Shown: one piece after another, positions 48,188-56,909 of the stretch
Position numbering within the stretch: position 1 is the stretch's first letter
Layout: each line of letters starts with the position of its first letter
NCBI GenBank assembly: GCA_045648005.1
Contig: JAZRND010000050.1
Span: 4,458-68,457 of the forward strand
Direction: 5' to 3'
From: Faecalimonas sp.
Lineage (GTDB): Bacteria > Bacillota > Clostridia > Lachnospirales > Lachnospiraceae
DNA length: 64,000 nt
Translations under genes and position numbers: made by a program
Notes under the pieces: model-generated
Databases searched by the model: none
Told to the model about the DNA's origin: nothing
The model's input: only the letters and a program-made list of their open reading frames with translations

Positions 48188-49669
48188 CTATTTTTGTGTA
48201 ATCACACCGTTGTTGTCAATCTGAATATTGACAGAAAGGTTCTCTAAAAAATCAAAGAGTTTTCGCTGCTTTTCAGGCGCCTCAAGATATTGTGTAGTGA
48301 AGTTAGTCTGTAAGGCGGGTACAAATGACATTTCTTTCAAGCCCTCCAAGCCAATGCGTAATTTCAAAAGTCCGGTATACTTGGTTTCTGAATTAAACCA
48401 AAAATCTCCGAGACTGTACACAATCGGTTTGCCGTCCACGTATTCCATACCTTGCAATACATGAGGATGCCCGCCGACAACAATATCTGCACCGGAATTT
48501 AAAAATTCACGTCCCATACTCTGTTGAAGCGAGTTTAGATAATTGGAATCCTCCGTACCCCAATGGATGTAGGCAATCAGGTAGTCACAGTTTTTGGCAG
48601 CTTCTTGAATCACTTCATTATATTCTGTAGTATCATAGGCCCGCAAAATGCCAGGTGTATCTTCTGTGGCTTGTGGGGTGTAACGAAGTTTTTCGGCATT
48701 GGAAGCACCTACAAATCCGATTTTCATTCCATTTACGATAAAGTAAACAGGTCGTTTGGCTTCTTCAATATTGATCCCACCGCCAACATATGGAATACTT
48801 GATTTTTGTAGCAATTGCGTAGTGTCAATTAGTGCCTCTTTCCCGTAATCAAAAACATGGTTATTGGCCAAGGCAACCAGGTCCGTTCCCATTTGCTTTA
48901 AGAGATTCATACGCTCTGGCTTTGCGCGGAATGTATAGTACTTCCCGCTTAAAGGGGCTCCACGGTCGCTGATGCAGTACTCATGGTTAATGTAGAAAAC
49001 ATCTGTCTGATTCATGGTTTCCAGTAAATACGGTGAAATACATTTGGATAAATCATTCACTGTATCGTAATGGTCCAATACAAAACCATCCTCTGCAAAA
49101 CACAAATCGCCTGCTATGGTGATTTCTGCTTCGCCTTTGTTTTTTCCAGTGCGCTCGTAAATTTGATTTTCCGCAGCAATGCGTCCGAGATAACGATCTA
49201 CCAGCACATACATGCTTTCACCGGTGTGCTGAAGCAAAGCAGCTTCGAGTGTCTCGGGGTTTTTAAAAGTATCTAAAATTTTATCTAAATCTGTTTCAGA
49301 CGGCTTGCTGAAATAATGTTCCCAAATCCATTTAGCAAAAGATTGTTCCTTGGAGGGAATTTGTCCTATTGAAGTTGTTTCAATAAATTTGTTGAAATAG
49401 GTATCCAATTCTTTCTGCACAGCTGTAATACGGGCTTGTTTTTGCGCTACAAGTTCAGCCTCCGCCTTTGCTTTTAAAACTTGAACATGGTGATTATATA
49501 TACCAATACCTGTGCCAATGATAGCAAAAAGCAGAATGATGAGGACAAGCATTCTCAAGCGTCGTTTCAATCTGCGTTTGCGTTTTCTATATGCTCTTTG
49601 CTTTTGCAAGCTTCTTTCTCTTTCATCCATAGAAATATTCTCCTGATTTTCTAACACAATTTCATTCAT
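48188..49669 (-). CDS. CapA (PgsA)-family metallophosphoesterase-fold membrane protein
   Basis: Basic stretch plus TM; AGD, LANNHVFDYG, HWGTE, GGHPHVLQ, YSLGDF. Confidence 0.88.
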   Translation of the reverse strand: MNEIVLENQENISMDERERSLQKQRAYRKRKRRLKRRLRMLVLIILLFAIIGTGIGIYNHHVQVLKAKAEAELVAQKQARITAVQKELDTYFNKFIETTSIGQIPSKEQSFAKWIWEHYFSKPSETDLDKILDTFKNPETLEAALLQHTGESMYVLVDRYLGRIAAENQIYERTGKNKGEAEITIAGDLCFAEDGFVLDHYDTVNDLSKCISPYLLETMNQTDVFYINHEYCISDRGAPLSGKYYTFRAKPERMNLLKQMGTDLVALANNHVFDYGKEALIDTTQLLQKSSIPYVGGGINIEEAKRPVYFIVNGMKIGFVGASNAEKLRYTPQATEDTPGILRAYDTTEYNEVIQEAAKNCDYLIAYIHWGTEDSNYLNSLQQSMGREFLNSGADIVVGGHPHVLQGMEYVDGKPIVYSLGDFWFNSETKYTGLLKLRIGLEGLKEMSFVPALQTNFTTQYLEAPEKQRKLFDFLENLSVNIQIDNNGVITQK

Positions 49670-49747
49670 TATAACACAATTTCCTTGAAAAAGATGGGGC
49701 AATTTATTATAATCTGTTTATATAAGCGTTTTAGAAAGGGAACAATT

Positions 49748-50536
49748 ATGGGTTGTGAATATTTAGGATTATTATTTGTTGTTTGTTTGTTGTTGTGTTT
49801 GGCAGGATTTTATAGATATGTATATTTTATTTCTGTTGGATATGGATTTTCAATAGTAGGAATTGGCGTTTCATTGACTATGTTGTGTTTGATGAAGCAA
49901 TTTCGAGCAGAAACGCAACACTATTTGCTGTTTGCTGTGCTTATTATTTACGGCTTGCGTTTGGCAAGTTTTCTTATGATACGGGAAACAAACAAGTCAT
50001 ATCACGAGACCTTGCAGGAGGCGATGGATAAAGAAAAAAGAATTCCTGTTTTGACAAAGATTGTAACTTGGATTTTTGTCAGTGCTCTTTATGTGGCGCA
50101 GACATCACCTGCATTTTTTGCAGTTAAAAATGGTGGCTTCGCATCAAGTTGGACTGTGGCAGGCATCGTTATCTGCGTGGTGGGTTTTGCAGTAGAAACA
50201 ATCGCTGACTTACAAAAGAGTGCGCAGAAAAAGAAACGTCCGGATATGGTGGCTACGAAAGGTTTGTATCGCATCGTGCGTTGTCCGAACTATTTTGGGG
50301 AAATCTTATTTTGGACGGGAGTTTTAGTGTCATCATTAGATGTGTTAAAAGGATTTGGACAATGGGCAATGGCTCTTATCGGTTATATTTGCATTGTGTT
50401 TATCATGTTTAATGGAGCCAAGCGTCTTGAAAAACGTCAGATGAAACGTTATGGAGATAATGAAGAATATAAGAAATATACAGAGAAAACACCGATCATC
50501 ATTCCATTACTTCCAATTTATCGTTTGAACAAATAA
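49748..50536 (+). CDS. DUF1295 family membrane protein (steroid 5-alpha-reductase-like superfamily)
   Basis: YGLRL, ETIADLQK, GLYRIVRCPNYFGEILFW. Confidence 0.82.
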   Translation: MGCEYLGLLFVVCLLLCLAGFYRYVYFISVGYGFSIVGIGVSLTMLCLMKQFRAETQHYLLFAVLIIYGLRLASFLMIRETNKSYHETLQEAMDKEKRIPVLTKIVTWIFVSALYVAQTSPAFFAVKNGGFASSWTVAGIVICVVGFAVETIADLQKSAQKKKRPDMVATKGLYRIVRCPNYFGEILFWTGVLVSSLDVLKGFGQWAMALIGYICIVFIMFNGAKRLEKRQMKRYGDNEEYKKYTEKTPIIIPLLPIYRLNK

Positions 50537-50546
50537 GAATTTTTTC

Positions 50547-50579
50547 AAAGCATCTGTGGAAAATAACCATAGATGCTTT
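50547..50579 (+). terminator. Terminator after the DUF1295 gene
   Basis: AAAGCATCTGTGG-N7-CCATAGATGCTTT. Confidence 0.75.
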
Positions 50580-50653
50580 TTGATGTAATAAGAAATCACG
50601 TAATTTCTTATTATATCAAATGCTCCGCGAGAGTTTGCAAGCAAACTCTTTGC
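50579..50653. repeat. Palindromic intergenic element (two additional hairpins; REP/MITE-like or ncRNA)
   Basis: TTTGATGTAATAAGAAAT-CACGTA-ATTTCTTATTATATCAAA, then AGAGTTTGC-AA-GCAAACTCT. Confidence 0.55.
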
Positions 50654-50716
50654 TATTGTCCGATAAAGAATTACCGCTTATAATAGATTTAGCAAATTTG
50701 AAAATTTTAATAAGGG

Positions 50717-52057
50717 ATGAAAGATTTTATGAATAAGAAAGCAAACAAAGGACTAAATATTAGTGCAAAATCATTTATTACTGCAATTTTGGTCATTTTT
50801 GTATTAATGGTATTGACATATGGATTGACATTTATAGTTCCGGGAGGAGGCATTCCGTTCTGGAAATGGGCCCTGTCACCGCTTTTGGTCCTAGGGGCAA
50901 GCGACAACGTATCCTTGATAGCCGTGCTTATTTTTTTACTGGTTATCGGAGGAGTTTTTAATTGTCTCGATAAATGTGGACTCATGAAATACATGTTAGA
51001 TAAGATTACCTATCGTTTTGGAAAAGAAAGATACAAGCTTTTGGCATTGGTGACTTTTTTCTTCATGGCTATGGGAAGTTTTATTGGCTCATTTGAAGAA
51101 GCAGTACCATTGGTTCCTATTGTGGTAGCCTTGGCAATTCGTCTTGGATGGGATGCATTAACTGGTTTGGGTATGAGTTTGTTGGCTATCGGCTGTGGTT
51201 TTTCAGCCGGAATATGCAATCCTTTTACAGTAGGGGTTGCTCAAGAACTTTCAGGACTTCCAATGTTTTCTGGCATGTGGTTTCGTGCTCTGGCATTTAT
51301 GTTGATTTACTTGCTTCTTTTCGTTTTTTTGCGTAGGCATGCAAAACGCATAGAAAGACCTGTGGATGTAGCAGTTACCGATGCAGAATTTGCATATAAT
51401 AAAAAAATAGACCGTGGGTTGTGGGTGTTTGTTTCCTTGCTAGGTGCGGGAATTGCAGTGGTATTAAGCTCTGCATTCGTTACTATGCTTCAGGATTACA
51501 CCATGATTATTGTTGCAGTTACGTTCCTTTTGGCTGGAATGACTGCCAGTGCATTATCAGGAAACGGAGGAAATCTAGGGAAAGTCTTTTTAAATGGTTT
51601 GGTAAGTGTCCTTCCGGCAGTTCTTATGATCTTGATGGCGAACTCCATTAAATATACCTTGGTGGAAGGACATGTGTTGAATACACTTTTAAATGGTGCA
51701 ATTGGTGTAGCACAGACACTTCCGAAATGGGCCGTGGTGCTATTTATCTATTTGATTACTTTGGTTATGAATTTCTTTATTGCATCAGGTTCAGCAAAAG
51801 CATTTTTACTGATGCCTTTAATCGTTCCGGTGGCAGAAGCCTTTGGTATTTCGGCTCAACTTTGTATTATGGCGTATGCTTTCGGCGATGGATTTTCTAA
51901 TGTATTTTATCCAACCAACCCGGTACTTTTGATCAGTTTGGGATTGGCCGATGTGGATTATGGTAAATGGGCAAAATGGAGTATTAAATTCCAAATTTTA
52001 AATATAATTTTGACAAGCGGACTATTACTTTTAGGTCTTGTGATAGGATATCGATAA
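50717..52057 (+). CDS. YfcC/DcuC-like (ion transporter superfamily) membrane transporter
   Basis: EEAVP, NPFTVGVAQ..SGLP.FSG, SGSAKA.L.MP, FGDGFSN..YPT. Confidence 0.85.
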   Translation: MKDFMNKKANKGLNISAKSFITAILVIFVLMVLTYGLTFIVPGGGIPFWKWALSPLLVLGASDNVSLIAVLIFLLVIGGVFNCLDKCGLMKYMLDKITYRFGKERYKLLALVTFFFMAMGSFIGSFEEAVPLVPIVVALAIRLGWDALTGLGMSLLAIGCGFSAGICNPFTVGVAQELSGLPMFSGMWFRALAFMLIYLLLFVFLRRHAKRIERPVDVAVTDAEFAYNKKIDRGLWVFVSLLGAGIAVVLSSAFVTMLQDYTMIIVAVTFLLAGMTASALSGNGGNLGKVFLNGLVSVLPAVLMILMANSIKYTLVEGHVLNTLLNGAIGVAQTLPKWAVVLFIYLITLVMNFFIASGSAKAFLLMPLIVPVAEAFGISAQLCIMAYAFGDGFSNVFYPTNPVLLISLGLADVDYGKWAKWSIKFQILNIILTSGLLLLGLVIGYR

Positions 52058-52073
52058 AAAGAAGGAGGGCTGC

Positions 52074-54098
52074 ATGAGCAAGGGACAGAAACAGTTACAA
52101 CTTGTGATAGAAAAACTGAATAGTAAGATTTCTGAAATGAGTGCAGTCATTCAAGATGTTCAAAAAGACATCAAAAGCATGAATGATTATTACTGGGAAA
52201 ACTATACTGAAATGGACCAGTATGGGTATGAAGACTTTGATAATCAACGGGCTCTTTTAAATCAAGTGAACGCAAATCAGGAAAATCAAAAGAAGTTGCA
52301 CCGATATCGAAAAATGATAAGTTCTCCTTTCTTTGGAAGTGTTGAATTTCACTATCAAGATGAAGAAGATGCGGATACCTACTATATCGGTATTGGCAAT
52401 TTTTCCGAGCATACAGGCAGTTTGCCGCTCGTCTATGATTGGCGTGCACCAATCAGCAGTTTGTTTTACGATTTTGACAAGGGACCTGCGAACTATGAAG
52501 CACCAGGCGGAGTCATGGAAGGAGAAATTCTATCCAAATGGCAGTATAAAATCCGTGATGGAAAAATGATTTATGAGTTTGAGAGTGATGTCAAGATTGA
52601 TGATGACATTTTGAAACAAGAACTTGGTACCAATGGCAGTGTACAGTTGAAAAATATCGTATGTACCATTCAGAGAGAACAAAATGCTATTATTCGCAAT
52701 ACCAAAGATAAGATTTTGGCTATTCAGGGAACAGCAGGGAGTGGAAAAACATCAGTAGCCTTGCACCGTATCGCGTATCTTTTATATCACGATAGGGAAC
52801 GCTTAAAATCTTCCAATGTGTTAATTCTATCTCCGAATAGCGTGTTTTCGGATTACATTTCTCATGTATTGCCGGAATTAGGAGAAGAGCATATCCAAGA
52901 AATGAGTTTTGATTTGTTTGCATATCGAGAATTAAGGAATATCGTTGCAGACTGTGAAGACCGATATCATCATATTGAAAATCGTATGAAATATATTGAT
53001 TCTGACGCAGAGACTCGTTATCGTTGGAAACAGTCAAAAGAGTACATTGGTGCGGTGGAAAGTTTTCTTGTTTTCTTGGAAGATGATTTGATGAATTTCA
53101 AGAAATTTGAGTATCGGGGATTTATAAAAACAGCAGAAGAAATAATGCAACTCTTTTATTATAAATTTCCGGACTGCCCATTGTTATCCCGAATGGAAGC
53201 GGTCATGGAGTATGTGCTGGATGAATACGAGACATTAACAGGGCGAACGCTGATAGAAGAGGAAACTCAATGGATACGTGAGTGGTTTATGAAAATGTAT
53301 GAAACCACAGACGTTTACGAGATTTATAATCGCATCCTCGAAGAAAACGGATGGCCGACTTTGCCGGATGAAGAAGAACGACGAGTGTTGGAATACGAAG
53401 ACGTATACCCGATGTTATATTTGAAACGCCGCCTGTGTTCTTCTAAAAAGTATCAGAATATTCGTCATTTGGTCATTGATGAAATGCAAGACTATTCTTA
53501 TTTGCAGTATGTGATTCTAGAAAATATGTTTTCTTGCAGCATGACCATATTGGGTGATAAAGCCCAAACAATCGATAATGTGCAGCAGGATGTGTTGGAA
53601 TTTTTGCCACAGATTTTTGGAAAACAGGTTCGACAAATTGAAATGAAACGCAGTTATCGCAACACGGTGGAGATTGCAGAGTATACCGCTCAATTTCTTC
53701 CGGTTAATGGAATGGAGTATTTAGAACGCCATGGGAAAGCGGTAGAAGAGCAAGTTTGCCAGACAAGAGAGGAAGCATTGGAAGATATTCTTACCAAGGT
53801 TCATGTAAGCACCGATGCCTTCGAAACGGCAGCTATTCTAGCAATGACAGAGCAGGAGGCAAAGCAGGTATATCGCTACTTGAAAAAGTATAGAGAGGAT
53901 GTCTTCTATATTGATAGAGATAGTTCAAACTTCAAAAAAGGCGTAACAGTCACCACCTTCTATTTGGCAAAAGGATTGGAGTTTGACCAAGTTTTTGTTT
54001 TGGGAGGCGAGAAGGAGAATTCATTCTTTTCACAGCATAGATATATCAGTGCAACGAGAGCACTTCATGAACTGTATGTGTATGATATAGAAGAGTAA
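52074..54098 (+). CDS. HelD-like superfamily 1 helicase/ATPase
   Basis: PFFG, YYIG, DWRAPI, IQREQ, GTAGSGKT.VALHR, DEMQD, KGLEFD, ATRALHEL. Confidence 0.88.
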   Translation: MSKGQKQLQLVIEKLNSKISEMSAVIQDVQKDIKSMNDYYWENYTEMDQYGYEDFDNQRALLNQVNANQENQKKLHRYRKMISSPFFGSVEFHYQDEEDADTYYIGIGNFSEHTGSLPLVYDWRAPISSLFYDFDKGPANYEAPGGVMEGEILSKWQYKIRDGKMIYEFESDVKIDDDILKQELGTNGSVQLKNIVCTIQREQNAIIRNTKDKILAIQGTAGSGKTSVALHRIAYLLYHDRERLKSSNVLILSPNSVFSDYISHVLPELGEEHIQEMSFDLFAYRELRNIVADCEDRYHHIENRMKYIDSDAETRYRWKQSKEYIGAVESFLVFLEDDLMNFKKFEYRGFIKTAEEIMQLFYYKFPDCPLLSRMEAVMEYVLDEYETLTGRTLIEEETQWIREWFMKMYETTDVYEIYNRILEENGWPTLPDEEERRVLEYEDVYPMLYLKRRLCSSKKYQNIRHLVIDEMQDYSYLQYVILENMFSCSMTILGDKAQTIDNVQQDVLEFLPQIFGKQVRQIEMKRSYRNTVEIAEYTAQFLPVNGMEYLERHGKAVEEQVCQTREEALEDILTKVHVSTDAFETAAILAMTEQEAKQVYRYLKKYREDVFYIDRDSSNFKKGVTVTTFYLAKGLEFDQVFVLGGEKENSFFSQHRYISATRALHELYVYDIEE

Positions 54099-54135
54099 AA
54101 GGGGCATATCAAATTAGAAATGATATGTCCCTTTT
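54097..54135. terminator. Bidirectional terminator
   Basis: AAAAGGGGCATATCA...TGATATGTCCCTTTT. Confidence 0.75.
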
Positions 54136-54158
54136 CTTTATCTTTTATTCTTTCATTT

Positions 54159-55109
54159 TCAGAAGCCGAAATAGGCATCCAATCCATTGGCAATACCTTG
54201 CACCATGTTATTTTGAACAATGGCGTCCTGCATTCGGCGATCTTCGTCAGCATTGCTCATGTATCCCACTTCTAAAATAGCAACCGGGACACTGCTCCAA
54301 TTCATGCCTGTCATAGTGTCACTTGCAAAAACACCACGATTCTTGAATCCGGTCGCTTGACAGTACGCATCCAAAACACATTTTCCAAGGATATTACTTG
54401 CATTGGCCAAATGACTGACATATGGATTGTTTGCAGATGGAACATATGCTTCTGCACCATGCACACTGGCATTGGCAGAGCCATTTCCATGAATGCGAAT
54501 GGCCACATCAGCACCTACCGTCGTGGCATATTCTGCCCGTTCTTTATTGCTGATATTTACTTCATGTACAGAGCGAGTCATGTATACCGTATAACCACGG
54601 TTTTCCAGTTCGGCCTTCAATTTCAAACTAATGTCCAAATTCATTATGTATTCGGCTACTCCTGTTGCTACGCCAGAGGTTCCGCTTGTGACCCGAGCCT
54701 TCATAACAGAGGAGCCTGGCCCATTTGGTTCTTTTGTACTATCTCCACGAAGTTGATGCCCAGGGTCTATTACAACAATAGCGGAGTTTGGATTTCGGTG
54801 TTGTCCAGGGATCGTCTCCACTTTTGGTGTAGAAGGCTCCGGAACAGGGGTTTGCTCTGTTATGCTGTTGTCCGGCTCCATTTCTTCTGATTGATCTTCT
54901 TCAACTTTTGTTTCGGTTTGCACTTCTTCCGATTGTTCTTCTTCAATTTTTGTTTCTTCTTTTGTTTCTTCCTGTTGCTTCTGTGGAGTTTTCACAGTTT
55001 CCTTTTGTTTCTTTGATTGCGTGCCAAGTGTAATGCCTACAATTATAGATAAGAATACAATAACTATAGCTACTGCAATCAATATGTTTCTTCTTGTCAT
55101 TTTTATCAC
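54159..55109 (-). CDS. N-acetylmuramoyl-L-alanine amidase (Amidase_3), membrane-anchored
   Basis: TM plus Glu-rich linker; IDPGHQ, E..MNL, IHGN, LEVGYMSN. Confidence 0.9.
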   Translation of the reverse strand: MIKMTRRNILIAVAIVIVFLSIIVGITLGTQSKKQKETVKTPQKQQEETKEETKIEEEQSEEVQTETKVEEDQSEEMEPDNSITEQTPVPEPSTPKVETIPGQHRNPNSAIVVIDPGHQLRGDSTKEPNGPGSSVMKARVTSGTSGVATGVAEYIMNLDISLKLKAELENRGYTVYMTRSVHEVNISNKERAEYATTVGADVAIRIHGNGSANASVHGAEAYVPSANNPYVSHLANASNILGKCVLDAYCQATGFKNRGVFASDTMTGMNWSSVPVAILEVGYMSNADEDRRMQDAIVQNNMVQGIANGLDAYFGF

Positions 55110-55224
55110 ATCCTATTCAAGATAAATACATTTTATATCACAAAGTAATTAAATGGAAGATTTCATTGCCATTATTTTTAAAAGTATTTATAATGTACAG
55201 GAATAAACTTGAAAGAGGGAGGAC

Positions 55225-56481
55225 ATGACAGTGTTGAAAGATAAGTGGAGTATAATCAAAGAACAAATGAAAACAAGCCTTCGCTGGAGCATAATTTCTT
55301 TGCTGACAGGAGTAGTAATAGGCCTGGTTGGAGCTTTGTTTGTAAAAAGTATGGGGTTTGTCACTTCGTTAAGGGAGCAATACCCTTGGATTTTATTGGG
55401 ACTCCCTTTGGCAGGACTTATCATTGTTTTTCTTTATAAAATATGCAATTACGAAAATGACGGTGGGACAAATGTGGTTATATCAACGTTACATGGGAAG
55501 GGACAAATTCCGTTCCGCATGGCTCCGCTGATTTTTATATCTACGATTATTACACACTTATTTGGCGGTTCTGCAGGCCGTGAAGGCGCAGCATTGCAAC
55601 TTGGTGGCAGTATTGCTAACCAATTGGGACGTTGGTTTCATTTGGATGAAGACGATATTAAAATTATGGTAAGGGGAGGCATGAGCGCTGCGTTTTCAGC
55701 TATCTTTGGCACCCCTTTGGCAGCAGTTGTATTTGCTTTAGAGGTTGGCAGTGTTGGGCACATGCATTACGCCGCATTTCTCCCGTGTATGTTGGCGTCT
55801 TTAGTGGCGTCATCTATTTCCACTATGTTAGGGGCACATGCAGAAGCCTTTACCATTAGCGAGTCAGTGGCGTTCTCATTGGTTCCGGCATTAAAAATTG
55901 CCCTCCTTGGAATTTGTTGCGCGATTATTAGTATGGTATTTTGCTATTTGTTACATAAGGTAGGGCACTTGCTAAAAACATATTTTCGCAACGCTTACGT
56001 ACGCATTGCAGTTGCAGGTTTTCTTATTATTGGGTTGACAGCACTTCTTCAAACTGCTGCCTATAGTGGGGCCGGGGTAAACTTAATTGAAGAAGCATTT
56101 GCTGGAACATCTCCGAAAATGGCTTTTGTCTGGAAAATGCTTTTTACAGCAATTACACTGGGGGCTGGGTTTAAAGGTGGAGAAATTGTTCCATCCTTTA
56201 CCATAGGCGCAACTTTTGGCTGCCTGTTTGGCACTGCTTTGGGATTATCTCCATCACTTTGTGCAGCGGTAGCTATGGTGTCGGTGTTCTGTGGCGTAAC
56301 AAATTGTCCGATAGCCTCTCTTCTCATAGGCTTTGAATTATTCGGATTTGGCGCCATGAAATATTTGCTTATCGGAGTAGCAATCAGTTATGTGTTATCT
56401 GGATATGGAGGACTGTATTCGGAACAGACAATTGTATTTTCCAAACTTGAGGAAAAAGTAATTAATAGGCAAACACAGTAA
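55225..56481 (+). CDS. CLC-family anion channel/transporter (CLC-F-like)
   Basis: GGSAGREGAALQ, FGTPLAA, GFKGGEIVP, NCPI. Confidence 0.88.
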   Translation: MTVLKDKWSIIKEQMKTSLRWSIISLLTGVVIGLVGALFVKSMGFVTSLREQYPWILLGLPLAGLIIVFLYKICNYENDGGTNVVISTLHGKGQIPFRMAPLIFISTIITHLFGGSAGREGAALQLGGSIANQLGRWFHLDEDDIKIMVRGGMSAAFSAIFGTPLAAVVFALEVGSVGHMHYAAFLPCMLASLVASSISTMLGAHAEAFTISESVAFSLVPALKIALLGICCAIISMVFCYLLHKVGHLLKTYFRNAYVRIAVAGFLIIGLTALLQTAAYSGAGVNLIEEAFAGTSPKMAFVWKMLFTAITLGAGFKGGEIVPSFTIGATFGCLFGTALGLSPSLCAAVAMVSVFCGVTNCPIASLLIGFELFGFGAMKYLLIGVAISYVLSGYGGLYSEQTIVFSKLEEKVINRQTQ

Positions 56482-56501
56482 AAAAAGTTGGAAAAATTTG
56501 C

Positions 56502-56618
56502 TTGACAAGATACGTGTGCAATGGTAATCTGTACAAGGAGTTAGTCTCAACTAATCAAAAATCCTTGGTAGTTTTCTGCCAAGGATATCTTCAAAACTAA
56601 CGGTTAGTTAAAACTAAC
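56502..56618 (+). promoter_or_regulatory. feo promoter with two palindromic operator boxes
   Basis: TTGACA-N17-TAATCT; GTTAGTCTCAACTAAT (56540-56555) and GTTAGTTAAAACTAAC (56603-56618). Confidence 0.7.
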
Positions 56619-56653
56619 AAAGACTGGAAGGGACTAAATGAGAGGAGAATCAA

Positions 56654-56875
56654 ATGAAAACTCTTAAAGATGTAAAAGTTAATGAAACTACAGTTGTGGT
56701 AAAAGTTCATGGTGACGGACCAGTAAGACGTCGTATCATGGATATGGGAATTACCAAGGGCGTAGAAATATATGTTCGTAAAGTGGCACCACTTGGCGAC
56801 CCAATGGAATTAAATTTGCGAGGCTATGAACTGACATTACGTAAAGCTGATGCAAATATGATTGAAGTGGAGTAA
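56654..56875 (+). CDS. feoA: Ferrous iron transport protein A
   Basis: RRIMDMGITKG..APLGDP..LRGYELTLRK. Confidence 0.95.
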   Translation: MKTLKDVKVNETTVVVKVHGDGPVRRRIMDMGITKGVEIYVRKVAPLGDPMELNLRGYELTLRKADANMIEVE

Positions 56876-56909
56876 AAGAGATTGTTTATATAGAAAGGAA
56901 ACAAAGCCG

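Noticed and set aside
54357-54890. 177-aa ORF antisense to the amidase
   Set aside because: Shadow of a well-supported gene; no independent signals.
55110-55224. Fluoride riboswitch upstream of the CLC gene
   Set aside because: No GGCGATGG...CTAATG-like consensus; the region is AT-rich promoter sequence.
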